IMG/VR virus record: IMGVR_UViG_3300034341_000088
Span: 1-39,353 of that record
Length of the DNA stretch: 39,353 nt
Origin: a virus
Taxonomy: Duplodnaviria; Caudoviricetes
Direction: 5' to 3' (one strand)
The notes under the pieces are model-generated. The model saw nothing but the letters and a program-made list of their open reading frames with translations, was not told the DNA's origin and searched no databases. The position numbers were made by a program, and so were the translations under genes. How positions within the stretch are numbered: the stretch's first letter is position 1; every line of letters starts with the position of its first letter. Shown here piece after piece: positions 1 through 7,726 of the stretch.

Positions 1-76
1 AAGCTAGGGGTAAAGTAGTAACGGCTGGTTTAGTTGCTCTTGGATTAGCGGAGGCGATAAGCGACTCTAACGGAGG
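1..76. repeat. Terminal overlap with 39278-39353 (circular assembly junction)
   Basis: The first 54 nt are identical; 73/76 match overall, with mismatches at 55, 57 and 61. Confidence 0.95.
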
Positions 77-1061
77 AATTACAGGGGGAGGTCCGAAAAA
101 CGAAAAGGAAAAGAAAGCGTTACAAGCTGCTGGCTGGCAACCGTATAGTATTAAATTGGGAGATACTTATTATAGTTATCAAAGATTAGACCCATTGGCT
201 ACTCCTCTAGGTATCATCGCTGACTTAGTGGAGACTGGTAGAGATATATCAGCATTAGAGAGTAAAGATTCAGAAAAAATATTAGAACACGCTTATCAAT
301 CTTTTATTATATCTCTTACCAGAAACATTACTAATAAATCGTACTTAACAGGTATACAAAACTTCATAGATGCTGCAAGTAATCCTGAGCGTTTCGCTGG
401 TAAATTCAGTAAGAACTTTGCTTCTTCTTTTGTGCCTAATATTATATCTCAAATGGCAGATAGCGATGAGCAGGTAATGAGAGAAACCAGAGGCGTTATG
501 GACGCTGTTAAGAGGAAGTTAGGAGCAAGAGGAGGTTTAGATGCTAAAAGAAATGCACTTGGAGAAGAGATAATGGCAGAGACGTTGTTAGCTTCTCCCA
601 TGCAAGCCCTTAATCCTATAGCCGTATCTACTAAAAAGGATGATCCTGTATTACAAGCTATGGCTGAATTGAAACATGGCTTTAGAAATCCTATACCTAA
701 TTTAGGCGGAGATATTGACTTGTTAGACTACGAAACAGAAAACGGTCAATCAGCTTACGATAGATGGTTGCAGTTATCTTCTGAGATTAGAGTTAAAGGG
801 GATACATTAAGACAGAGATTAAATAGACTTGTTAAATCTAGAGAGTTTAAAGATATGACTCCGTTATCTGAGCCGGGACTTCCTAGCCCTAGAATACAGA
901 TGATAAGTAGTATATTAGATGAATATAGAAAAGCGGCTAGAACGAAGATGTTAAAAGAGTTTCCTGAATTAGATCGCAAGTATTCTTTGTTAACTCTTGC
1001 TAGAACTAGACTTAAAACCGGAGTATCCCGTGAAGATGTACTTGCTCTTCTCTCTCAATAA
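1..1061 (+). CDS. C-terminal part of the large internal virion protein (T7 gp16-like), continuing from 35812 across the circular junction
   Basis: The frame is open from the window start (ARGKVVTAG...GWQPYSIKLGDTYYSYQRLDP) to TAA at 1059-1061 and in frame with the ORF at 35812 via the 76-bp terminal overlap. It lies directly before the tail fibre. Confidence 0.85.
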   Translation, partial: ARGKVVTAGLVALGLAEAISDSNGGITGGGPKNEKEKKALQAAGWQPYSIKLGDTYYSYQRLDPLATPLGIIADLVETGRDISALESKDSEKILEHAYQSFIISLTRNITNKSYLTGIQNFIDAASNPERFAGKFSKNFASSFVPNIISQMADSDEQVMRETRGVMDAVKRKLGARGGLDAKRNALGEEIMAETLLASPMQALNPIAVSTKKDDPVLQAMAELKHGFRNPIPNLGGDIDLLDYETENGQSAYDRWLQLSSEIRVKGDTLRQRLNRLVKSREFKDMTPLSEPGLPSPRIQMISSILDEYRKAARTKMLKEFPELDRKYSLLTLARTRLKTGVSREDVLALLSQ

Positions 1062-1077
1062 TTAATAATATATCATC

Positions 1078-3036
1078 ATGGCTGTCACATACATAGACCA
1101 CGCAGGAACCCAAGGGCAAACTGACTTTACATTTACTTTCCCTTATCTCGAAGACGAACACATCAAAGTAGAAATTGACGGGATAAACACTACTGACTTT
1201 ACTGTAGTAGTTACACCTACCGCTAAAGTTGTACTTGATACAGGATTAAGTGCTGCGGCTAACGTACGTGTAAGACGACGCAGTGCTCCTAATGAGAACC
1301 TCGTAGACTTTGTAAACGGTTCTGTATTAACGGAAGCTGAGTTAGACTTATCTTATCGACACAACCGTTACTTAGCTGAAGAGATTGCAGAGCTGAACGA
1401 TCAATCGTTACAGTTTGAAAACGGCGGTACAGAGTGGGACGCTAAGACTAAACGTATAAAGAATGTAGGTACAGCTGTTGATAGTACGGACGCAGTAACG
1501 AAGGCATACTTAGATAACAAAGTTGCTCAGGTATCTACAGGAGCTGCACAGCCTCCAATCAAGTGGGTATTCTCTGCTACACCTGGTACTAATAATACAT
1601 ACACTGTTACAGGTGCTGAGGTCTTAGGAGATACAGCTTATGAAGTAAGTATCGACGGACTGATTAAAGAACCAACTGTTGAGTACACCGTAGACCCAAG
1701 TACTGATACACTTACTATCATACCTAACATGACAGGTAGTGAAGATATAGTTGTTATACAGCGTGGGTTTGGAGTAGCCATTGCAGGTACAGTAGGTACG
1801 AACTCTTTAGTGGATGGTAGCGTTACAAATGCTAAGTTAGCTAGTGGTAGCGTTACAAATGCTAAGTTAGCCAATGGTGCCGTTACAACGACTAAGTTAG
1901 CTGACGGTAATGTTACAGCTGCTAAGATTAGTAATACAGATTCTACGTTTAGTATAGATGGTAATGGTAACATGGGCCTTGGTATATCGGCTACTTCAGC
2001 GGCAAAGCTATACATAGCAGGAACTGGTGGTAATACTTTTTTAGCTGTCAAATCAGATACTATGGCGGCTATTGACCTAGAGGATAGCGGTGCGGGTGTT
2101 AACCAAAAGCATTATCAAATGGTCAGCTTAGATGGTGCTTTTGAAGTCAGACAAATAAACGACGACTTAACTCTTAAAGCCACGCCCTTAAAGGTAGATG
2201 CTAATGGTGATGTCGACATCACAGGAGCCTACAAAGTAAATAATACAGAGCTGTTATTAGACGAAGATGACATGGTGTCTAACTCCGCTACACAAGGCGT
2301 TACTCAACAAAGCATTAAGGCGTATGTAGATAGTAATAGTGGTGGAGGCGGATCAGGTGGTACTCCGAATTGGAATAGTGGCTGGTTTAACGACACTACA
2401 GGTTTATCTAATGGAGGTACTTATACTTTTACTCACAACTTAGGCTCTGAAAACTTAACATTTGATCTATATGTATCCAGTTCGTCTAGCGGTACAAACC
2501 CTCAATCTTTAGTTAACGAATCGGGCGGTTCAACTGCTACGAGTGATATGTACGGTGCTGTTGTCACTAACATTACGAGTACAGAAATAACTGTACAACT
2601 TGGTAACTTAGGTTATTTAGATGCAAACTCTTTAGGTGCTGTTGCTACCGGTAACTTCTCAGGGGTTTACATCAAAGTAGTAGCGAGTGCTAGTGCGACG
2701 GTTGGTGCTTTATCTAAGTACAGCAGTTCGTGGTTTAACGACAGCGGTACAGGATTAACTAACGGAAGTAATTATACATTTAATCACGGCCTTGGTACAA
2801 GTGATGTAGATTTTAAAGTATACGTATCATCATCTTCCTCTGGGACTAATCCGCAGTCATTAACATTTATGTCCCAAACTCTAAGCATAAACTACGGATT
2901 ATCAGCAACAAATGTAACTTCTAGTAATATCACAATCCAATTAGGAGCTTCTGGTTATGCCGATGTTAACTCAACTGGAACTGTGAGTGTCGAAACTTTT
3001 GCAGGTAAATTCATCAAAGTAGTAGTAATAGGATAA
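1078..3036 (+). CDS. Tail fibre protein (T7 gp17-like N-terminal attachment domain)
   Basis: N-terminal FTFTFPYL..EHIKV...VRRRS...DFVNGSVLTEAELD matches the T7 tail fibre N-domain. It carries GSVTNAKLA repeats and a duplicated C-terminal domain, and lies in the expected syntenic position after gp16. Confidence 0.9.
   Translation: MAVTYIDHAGTQGQTDFTFTFPYLEDEHIKVEIDGINTTDFTVVVTPTAKVVLDTGLSAAANVRVRRRSAPNENLVDFVNGSVLTEAELDLSYRHNRYLAEEIAELNDQSLQFENGGTEWDAKTKRIKNVGTAVDSTDAVTKAYLDNKVAQVSTGAAQPPIKWVFSATPGTNNTYTVTGAEVLGDTAYEVSIDGLIKEPTVEYTVDPSTDTLTIIPNMTGSEDIVVIQRGFGVAIAGTVGTNSLVDGSVTNAKLASGSVTNAKLANGAVTTTKLADGNVTAAKISNTDSTFSIDGNGNMGLGISATSAAKLYIAGTGGNTFLAVKSDTMAAIDLEDSGAGVNQKHYQMVSLDGAFEVRQINDDLTLKATPLKVDANGDVDITGAYKVNNTELLLDEDDMVSNSATQGVTQQSIKAYVDSNSGGGGSGGTPNWNSGWFNDTTGLSNGGTYTFTHNLGSENLTFDLYVSSSSSGTNPQSLVNESGGSTATSDMYGAVVTNITSTEITVQLGNLGYLDANSLGAVATGNFSGVYIKVVASASATVGALSKYSSSWFNDSGTGLTNGSNYTFNHGLGTSDVDFKVYVSSSSSGTNPQSLTFMSQTLSINYGLSATNVTSSNITIQLGASGYADVNSTGTVSVETFAGKFIKVVVIG
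1815..1930 (+). repeat. 30-bp period tandem repeat encoding GSVTNAKLA-type decapeptides
   Basis: tggtagcgttacaaatgctaagttagc is identical at 1815-1841 and 1845-1871, followed by two degenerate copies (GAVTTTKLAD, GNVTAAKIS). Confidence 0.9.
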
Positions 3037-3039
3037 ACG

Positions 3040-3291
3040 ATGATCGATTCCCTGCCTAGCCTTCTTAACACCATCCTCATCGTAGCTCTAGGCGTGATCG
3101 GGTGGATTATTAAACGTGTTATAGAACGCTTAGACCTTGGTGATAAACGACTTACAAAGATAGAGGTAGAACTGGCAGCACAACGAGAAAGAGACGCTGC
3201 TGTTGAAAGTAGAATAGGTAAAGTTGAAACTGCAATAAACGAGATGCACAACAAACTTGACCGAATGATGGAAATATTAGTGAGGAAATAA
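3040..3291 (+). CDS. Small membrane protein, single TM plus coiled coil (possible holin-like protein)
   Basis: Hydrophobic LLNTILIVALGVIGWII followed by a heptad-rich charged segment; located after the tail fibre, where T7-like phages often carry the holin. Confidence 0.5.
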   Translation: MIDSLPSLLNTILIVALGVIGWIIKRVIERLDLGDKRLTKIEVELAAQRERDAAVESRIGKVETAINEMHNKLDRMMEILVRK

Positions 3292-3297
3292 ACGATA

Positions 3298-3423
3298 ATG
3301 AGCTTATATAAAAACATTAACAAACGTAAGAGCTTAGGCATTAGCCGTAGCAAGAAGAAGTCAACCATTACTCCTAAAGCGTACGCTAATATGAAGCGTG
3401 GGTTTCCTAAGAAGAAGAAGTGA
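3298..3423 (+). CDS. 41-aa highly basic hypothetical protein (absent from ORF track)
   Basis: MSLYKNINKRKSLGISRSKKKSTITPKAYANMKRGFPKKKK; fills the gap exactly and has a GTGA overlap with the next ORF. Confidence 0.7.
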   Translation: MSLYKNINKRKSLGISRSKKKSTITPKAYANMKRGFPKKKK

Positions 3424-3656
3424 GTGTATCGTTGTCGATAGGTAGAGGTGAGAAAAGCAAGAAGGGCGGACTCACTGCGAAGGGTAGACGGAAGTATAAC
3501 AGAGCTACTGGTTCTAAACTGAAAGCCCCTCAACCCGGCGGTGGTCCTCGTAAGCGTTCTTTCTGTGCTCGTATGAGTGGTAACAAAGGGCCTATGAAAG
3601 ACAGTAAGGGTCGTCCTACTCGTAAGGCTTTAGCGTTGCGTAGGTGGAAGTGTTAA
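3420..3656 (+). CDS. Basic phage protein, DUF6321-like
   Basis: GGLTAKGR...RKRSFCARM...RKALALRRWKC pattern recognised from aquatic phage small proteins. Confidence 0.65.
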   Translation: MSVSLSIGRGEKSKKGGLTAKGRRKYNRATGSKLKAPQPGGGPRKRSFCARMSGNKGPMKDSKGRPTRKALALRRWKC

Positions 3657-3659
3657 CAG

Positions 3660-3893
3660 ATGGCTAGAAGACCTGCTAGAAGACCTGTTGTTCGTCCTAA
3701 TCCTTTAGCGTTCCAGCAACGTACTATTGCTGCTGGTTCTTCGGCTACTGCAAAAGAGAACAAAGAGAAAGCGGACAACTTGCAAACTAAAGTAACATCC
3801 TTAGAGAGTGATCCATTCTTTGTTACTATTGACGGAGGTGGACCAGTTTTAGAAGACACTGATATATTTGACGGAGGACAACCTGATGCCTAG
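3660..3893 (+). CDS. Hypothetical structural protein (Arg-rich N-terminus, two C-terminal DGG motifs)
   Basis: MARRPARRP... then IDGGGP and FDGGQP; overlaps the start of the next gene. Confidence 0.65.
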   Translation: MARRPARRPVVRPNPLAFQQRTIAAGSSATAKENKEKADNLQTKVTSLESDPFFVTIDGGGPVLEDTDIFDGGQPDA

Positions 3894-4122
3894 CTTTACC
3901 AAACGTATACAATTAAGACGAGGTACTCGTACTGAGTGGCAAGAAGAGAACCCGGTACTTCTAGAAGGTGAGATAGCTATTGAGTTAGACACCTACCGCA
4001 ACCGTATTAAGATAGGTGACGGCACTACTGCCTGGAACTCTTTACCTTACTTCTTAGATGCTCGTGAAGAAGAGGTTGGGGATTATGATGAATTTATTGA
4101 AGGCTTGACAGGTGATCCGTGA
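3886..4122 (+). CDS. Stand-alone Mtd-N / hyaluronidase-N-like beta-prism protein
   Basis: RIQLRRGT..EW...NPVLLEGEIAIELDT...KIGDGTTAWNSLPY is the typical Mtd N-terminal pattern; ATG at 3886 is the likely start. Confidence 0.8.
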   Translation: MPSFTKRIQLRRGTRTEWQEENPVLLEGEIAIELDTYRNRIKIGDGTTAWNSLPYFLDAREEEVGDYDEFIEGLTGDP

Positions 4123-4166
4123 TTTACTAACAAGTGTCACAGTTAACCAATTAAGCAAAACAAGAT

Positions 4167-4361
4167 ATGAGTGTATGGTATCAAATGGGACAAAGTGTTA
4201 GAAATTTACTAATATCTCTTACTAGTACGAGTAAGGCAATTTTAGACACCGAAAGTAATATACAAGCAAGGACAGATGATGAGTTAGGAACTATGGCTTT
4301 TGCCACAGACACTAATAAATTATATGTATTTACAGATTCCGGTTGGCAGCACGCTCAATAA
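4167..4361 (+). CDS. Small fibre-module protein (QMGQ N-motif plus beta-prism-like repeat)
   Basis: VWYQMGQSVR...GTMAFATDTNKLYVFTDSGW; paralogous to 4402..4659. Confidence 0.75.
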   Translation: MSVWYQMGQSVRNLLISLTSTSKAILDTESNIQARTDDELGTMAFATDTNKLYVFTDSGWQHAQ

Positions 4362-4401
4362 TTTTGACAATCAATAACCACTAACATAATAATTATAAAC
4401 G

Positions 4402-4659
4402 ATGGCTAACATACTTCAACAAATAGGAACAACTGTTAAATCGAAGTTGGATGAAAAGGTAGATAAGTCGGACGCAGTTTCGGACTTTTTAAAGTCTGTA
4501 CTTGGGTTCCCTCAAGATACCGTTTCTCCTTCAGTAGACACAGCAGCTAACATAACGGCTCGATCTAGCGACGACGCAGGTACAATCATGTACGGAAGCG
4601 ACTCTACAAAGCTTTACGTTTTTGACGGCAGTGATTGGCAAATATTTAACAACAGTTAA
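4402..4659 (+). CDS. Small fibre-module protein (QIG N-motif plus beta-prism-like repeat)
   Basis: ILQQIGTTVK...NITARSSDDAGTIMYGSDSTKLYVFDGSDW. Confidence 0.75.
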   Translation: MANILQQIGTTVKSKLDEKVDKSDAVSDFLKSVLGFPQDTVSPSVDTAANITARSSDDAGTIMYGSDSTKLYVFDGSDWQIFNNS

Positions 4660-4664
4660 AAGAT

Positions 4665-5486
4665 ATGAGTGATATAACAATCATTAACGATACTCAACAA
4701 TCACAGCTAGTAACAAATGGACTTGCTGTAAACGGTGAGTTATATTTAAAAGCAGAGGGCAGTACAGACGAAGGTTCTGTAGTTGTCTACGACAGTGGTT
4801 CTTGGAGAACATTTGCTAACGAAGCTACTGTTGGGTTTCCTAACGGATATAGTGCAAGCTTTGACGGTACTAATGACTATGTAAGTATAAGCTCTTCTAG
4901 TTATTCTATATCTGGGAACAAAAGTTTTTCGACTTGGGTTAAACCTACGTCAGGCTCTTACCACTATCTGTGGGGTTACGGCACAAATTTATATGCTTTG
5001 TATTTGGACTCTTCCGCAGTTTCGATAAGAATGTGGCCCTCCGGTCAAGGCGGAGGATCAGGAAGAACTTATCAACGTATGGTTTCACCAGTAACATTTA
5101 CAAACGGTTCTTGGTACAACATCATCATTACTGGAGACGGAACTGATTTAAAGTTATATGTTAACGGACAAGCCGCAGCGAGTACTTACACAGACAATGA
5201 CGACTGGTATTTCCAAACAGCTTTGAGGGCTGGAAGTTCGGGTTCTTCTTTTGCGGGTCTTGTAGATGAATTTGCGTTTTTTAGTTCTACTTTAAGTAGT
5301 TCGGATGTTAGTTCTATCTACGGAAGCGGTGTACCTTCTAGTCTTTCTTCTTACAATCCACACTTATGGTGGAGAATGGGAGACGACAACTCAGGATCAG
5401 GCACGACAATAACAGATCAAGGAAGCGGTGGAAACCACGGAACTCTTACTAATGGAGCTTCTTTTTCAACTGATGTACCTTCTTAA
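4665..5486 (+). CDS. LamG / concanavalin-A-like lectin domain virion protein
   Basis: SASFDGTNDY, STWVKP, WYNIIIT..G..LKLYVNG, FAGLVDEFAFF..TLS..DV..IY, WWRMGD...TITDQGSGGNHGTL. Confidence 0.8.
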   Translation: MSDITIINDTQQSQLVTNGLAVNGELYLKAEGSTDEGSVVVYDSGSWRTFANEATVGFPNGYSASFDGTNDYVSISSSSYSISGNKSFSTWVKPTSGSYHYLWGYGTNLYALYLDSSAVSIRMWPSGQGGGSGRTYQRMVSPVTFTNGSWYNIIITGDGTDLKLYVNGQAAASTYTDNDDWYFQTALRAGSSGSSFAGLVDEFAFFSSTLSSSDVSSIYGSGVPSSLSSYNPHLWWRMGDDNSGSGTTITDQGSGGNHGTLTNGASFSTDVPS

Positions 5487-5491
5487 TAATT

Positions 5492-5728
5492 ATGAGCACT
5501 AGACAATATGTAATTCTAAACGAGGACGAAGTAAGCACTGTTAACTTTGATGAAGTGCTTGAAGCGTCGGTTAATACACTAAGATATAATGTAGCCGGAA
5601 ATAAAACCTTTGTTAAATACGAAGGACCAAAACCACGCTGCTTATACGGAAAAGATACAATCAGTCACTCAGCTATGCTTACTGTACTAGCTGATGAATC
5701 GTGGACACAAGTAGATGAAGGGGAATAA
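5492..5728 (+). CDS. Conserved small partner protein of the LamG gene (paralog of 23650..23877)
   Basis: RQYVILN...VNFDEVLE...LRY...KTFVKYE...W aligns by eye with 23650..23877. Confidence 0.8.
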   Translation: MSTRQYVILNEDEVSTVNFDEVLEASVNTLRYNVAGNKTFVKYEGPKPRCLYGKDTISHSAMLTVLADESWTQVDEGE

Positions 5729-5731
5729 ATA

Positions 5732-5875
5732 ATGGCTAAATTAGACACAATCACAGCTTCAAACCGTCCATCTTCACCAGTTGCTGGTAAAGCGTACTAC
5801 GAGACGGATACTAATAAAGTTATCATCTGGTCAGGTTCTGAATGGATAGAGCTTGTCTCAGACGGTACTGCTTAA
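5732..5875 (+). CDS. 47-aa beta-prism-like mini-protein (absent from ORF track)
   Basis: MAKLDTITASNRPSSPVAGKAYYETDTNKVIIWSGSEWIELVSDGTA; matches the N-terminus of 22793..23650 (GKSYFETDTNKILVWDGS). Confidence 0.8.
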   Translation: MAKLDTITASNRPSSPVAGKAYYETDTNKVIIWSGSEWIELVSDGTA

Positions 5876-5919
5876 CATCTTGATTTATTATAATCACTAA
5901 CTAACTAAATACTAATAAT

Positions 5920-7155
5920 ATGCCAGATACATCATCTATATTCTATCAAATCGGTCAATCGACTAAAGCTGCCATTGCAGTAGAAGAAACAAGAGCGTTA
6001 GCCGCTGAGGCTACTCTCCAGTCGAACATCACTGCTGAAGCTTCTAGCCGTGCAAGTGCCGATTCGACCCTTCAAGCTAACATCGACAGTGAGGCTTCAA
6101 GCCGCTCGTCTGCTGTCTCTACCTTACAAGGTAATATTGACACAGAAGCAAGCAGCAGAGCATCCGCTGATGCCGCGATCCAATCCGAACTTGACGCTAC
6201 TCAAAGCGGTGCTGGTCTTGCTGCTGGTGGTTCGTACTCCGCTAACTCCTCCACTAACTACATTACATCAGTAAGTTCTTTGGTTGGAGCCGACGAAGCT
6301 CTTGACGGACAAATCAAAACTAACGCTGACGCTATCGCTTCTGAAGCTAGCTCACGTGCCTCTGCTGATTCCGCTTTACAAGCTGAGATTGACGCTGAAG
6401 AAACAGCTCGTGCATCCGCCGATACAACTCTTCAAAGCAACATCACAAGTGAAGCTTCCTCAAGAGCCAGTGCTGATACTGCCCTCCAAAGCAACATTGA
6501 TGCTGAAGAGACTGCACGTCAAGCTGCTGACTCCACGCTTCAAACTAACATTGACGACGAAGAGACCGCCAGGCAATCAGCTGATACGGCCTTACAGTCC
6601 AACATCGACGCTGAAGAAACTGCTCGTATTGCTGCTGTTAGTGGTGAAGCTACTGCCCGTGCATCTGCTGACACTACTCTTCAGTCTAACATTACTGCTG
6701 AAGCTTCGACTGCCCGTGCTGCTGAATCGGCTCTTGACGTTGCCAAAGCTAACCTTAGCGGAGCTTCCTTCACCGGAGATGTAAGCGGAACTAACCTTGT
6801 ACTTAGCGGTAACTTAACTGTTCAAGGTACAACTACCTCCATCGAAACAACAAACTCCCAAGTATCTGACGCTATCATGCTTCTTAATGACGGAGCTGCT
6901 GGTGGTGCTAACAACGGTAACGACGCTGGTTTTATCATTGAGCGTGGTTCTTCCGACGACGGAAACATCGCTGTTGTATACGACGAAGGTGACGACAAGT
7001 TTGCTTTCTACAAAACCTCAGCTGGTGCTACTTCTACTGACATCAGTGGAGACGACTCATCTGCTTCCTTGATCGACGTTAAAGCAAACGACGTTGTTCT
7101 TGGAGACGGTAACAATCTTGGATCATTGGCTGACTTTACAGCTGCAATGGCCTAA
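5920..7155 (+). CDS. Long coiled-coil fibre protein with 18-residue repeats
   Basis: Repeated EASSRASADSTLQANIDS-type units; fibre-like GNLTVQGTTT...DAGFIIERG region; N-terminal FYQIGQS motif. Confidence 0.8.
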   Translation: MPDTSSIFYQIGQSTKAAIAVEETRALAAEATLQSNITAEASSRASADSTLQANIDSEASSRSSAVSTLQGNIDTEASSRASADAAIQSELDATQSGAGLAAGGSYSANSSTNYITSVSSLVGADEALDGQIKTNADAIASEASSRASADSALQAEIDAEETARASADTTLQSNITSEASSRASADTALQSNIDAEETARQAADSTLQTNIDDEETARQSADTALQSNIDAEETARIAAVSGEATARASADTTLQSNITAEASTARAAESALDVAKANLSGASFTGDVSGTNLVLSGNLTVQGTTTSIETTNSQVSDAIMLLNDGAAGGANNGNDAGFIIERGSSDDGNIAVVYDEGDDKFAFYKTSAGATSTDISGDDSSASLIDVKANDVVLGDGNNLGSLADFTAAMA

Positions 7156-7175
7156 TATTGAATTAATAACACCAT

Positions 7176-7373
7176 ATGAGCACGAAAGAGAAAAAAGGTG
7201 ATATGTCATCTATATCTTTTCGTCTCAAACGGTCACAGAAGAAGGATGTGGCTGGCATCGCTAATAAACTCGGTGTCAGCTCATCCGCTCTTTTGAACAC
7301 ATGGATCACTAGGATACTCAATAATATGAACGGACTAGGTGATCACAGTGAAGAAATACCGAGAGATAATTAA
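7176..7373 (+). CDS. Ribbon-helix-helix DNA-binding protein
   Basis: SSISFRL (beta strand) then KKDVAGIANKLGVSSSALLNTWI (two helices with the G-x-S turn). Confidence 0.65.
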   Translation: MSTKEKKGDMSSISFRLKRSQKKDVAGIANKLGVSSSALLNTWITRILNNMNGLGDHSEEIPRDN

Positions 7374-7402
7374 AAGGATAAGTTTACTCATATCATACAT
7401 TA

Positions 7403-7432
7403 AGGGGTGGTTCTTAGGAGCTGCCTCTTTTT
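7403..7432 (+). terminator. Intrinsic terminator
   Basis: aggggtggttc-ttag-gagctgcctct stem (with G-U pairs) followed by a T run. Confidence 0.65.
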
Positions 7433-7433
7433 G

Positions 7434-7462
7434 TTTACAAAGATAACAAGCTTTATTACTAT
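7434..7462 (+). promoter_or_regulatory. sigma70-like promoter for the terminase genes
   Basis: TTTACA-17 bp-TACTAT directly after the terminator and 6 nt before the terS ATG (possibly a leaderless transcript). Confidence 0.5.
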
Positions 7463-7468
7463 AACATC

Positions 7469-7726
7469 ATGCTGAGTCATAAAGAGGGAAGTAAGCTGCA
7501 CGACAAGATTGCAGACGCATATAGGAACAGTATAGATATGATGGACGAACACGGAGAGTACAACGCTGCTCTACTTAACGGTGCTCGTCAGTTCCTTAAA
7601 GATAACAATGTAACTATGGACAGTGGCTTAGGCACACCCTTACAAGCGTTAAACAGTCAGATAGAAGCGTTACCATTTGAAGAAGAACAACAACATCGAG
7701 ATACCACCCAAGCTCAAGGACTTTAG
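7469..7726 (+). CDS. terS: Terminase small subunit (T7 gp18-like)
   Basis: LH...AALLNGARQFLKDNNV...L...LPF pattern; directly upstream of terL. Confidence 0.8.
   Translation: MLSHKEGSKLHDKIADAYRNSIDMMDEHGEYNAALLNGARQFLKDNNVTMDSGLGTPLQALNSQIEALPFEEEQQHRDTTQAQGL

Noticed and set aside
1-76. Terminal repeat as the biological direct terminal repeat
   Set aside because: It falls inside the gp16-like ORF, which fits an assembly overlap; the real ends are expected after terL.
3886-4122. Diversity-generating retroelement suggested by the Mtd-N-like domain
   Set aside because: No reverse transcriptase and no TR/VR pair with adenine-specific mismatches was seen.
6050-7072. Alternate-frame ORFs 6050-6274, 6284-6784 and 6887-7072
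   Set aside because: Leu/Lys/Thr-rich shadows of the Ala/Ser/Glu codon bias in the 5920 gene.
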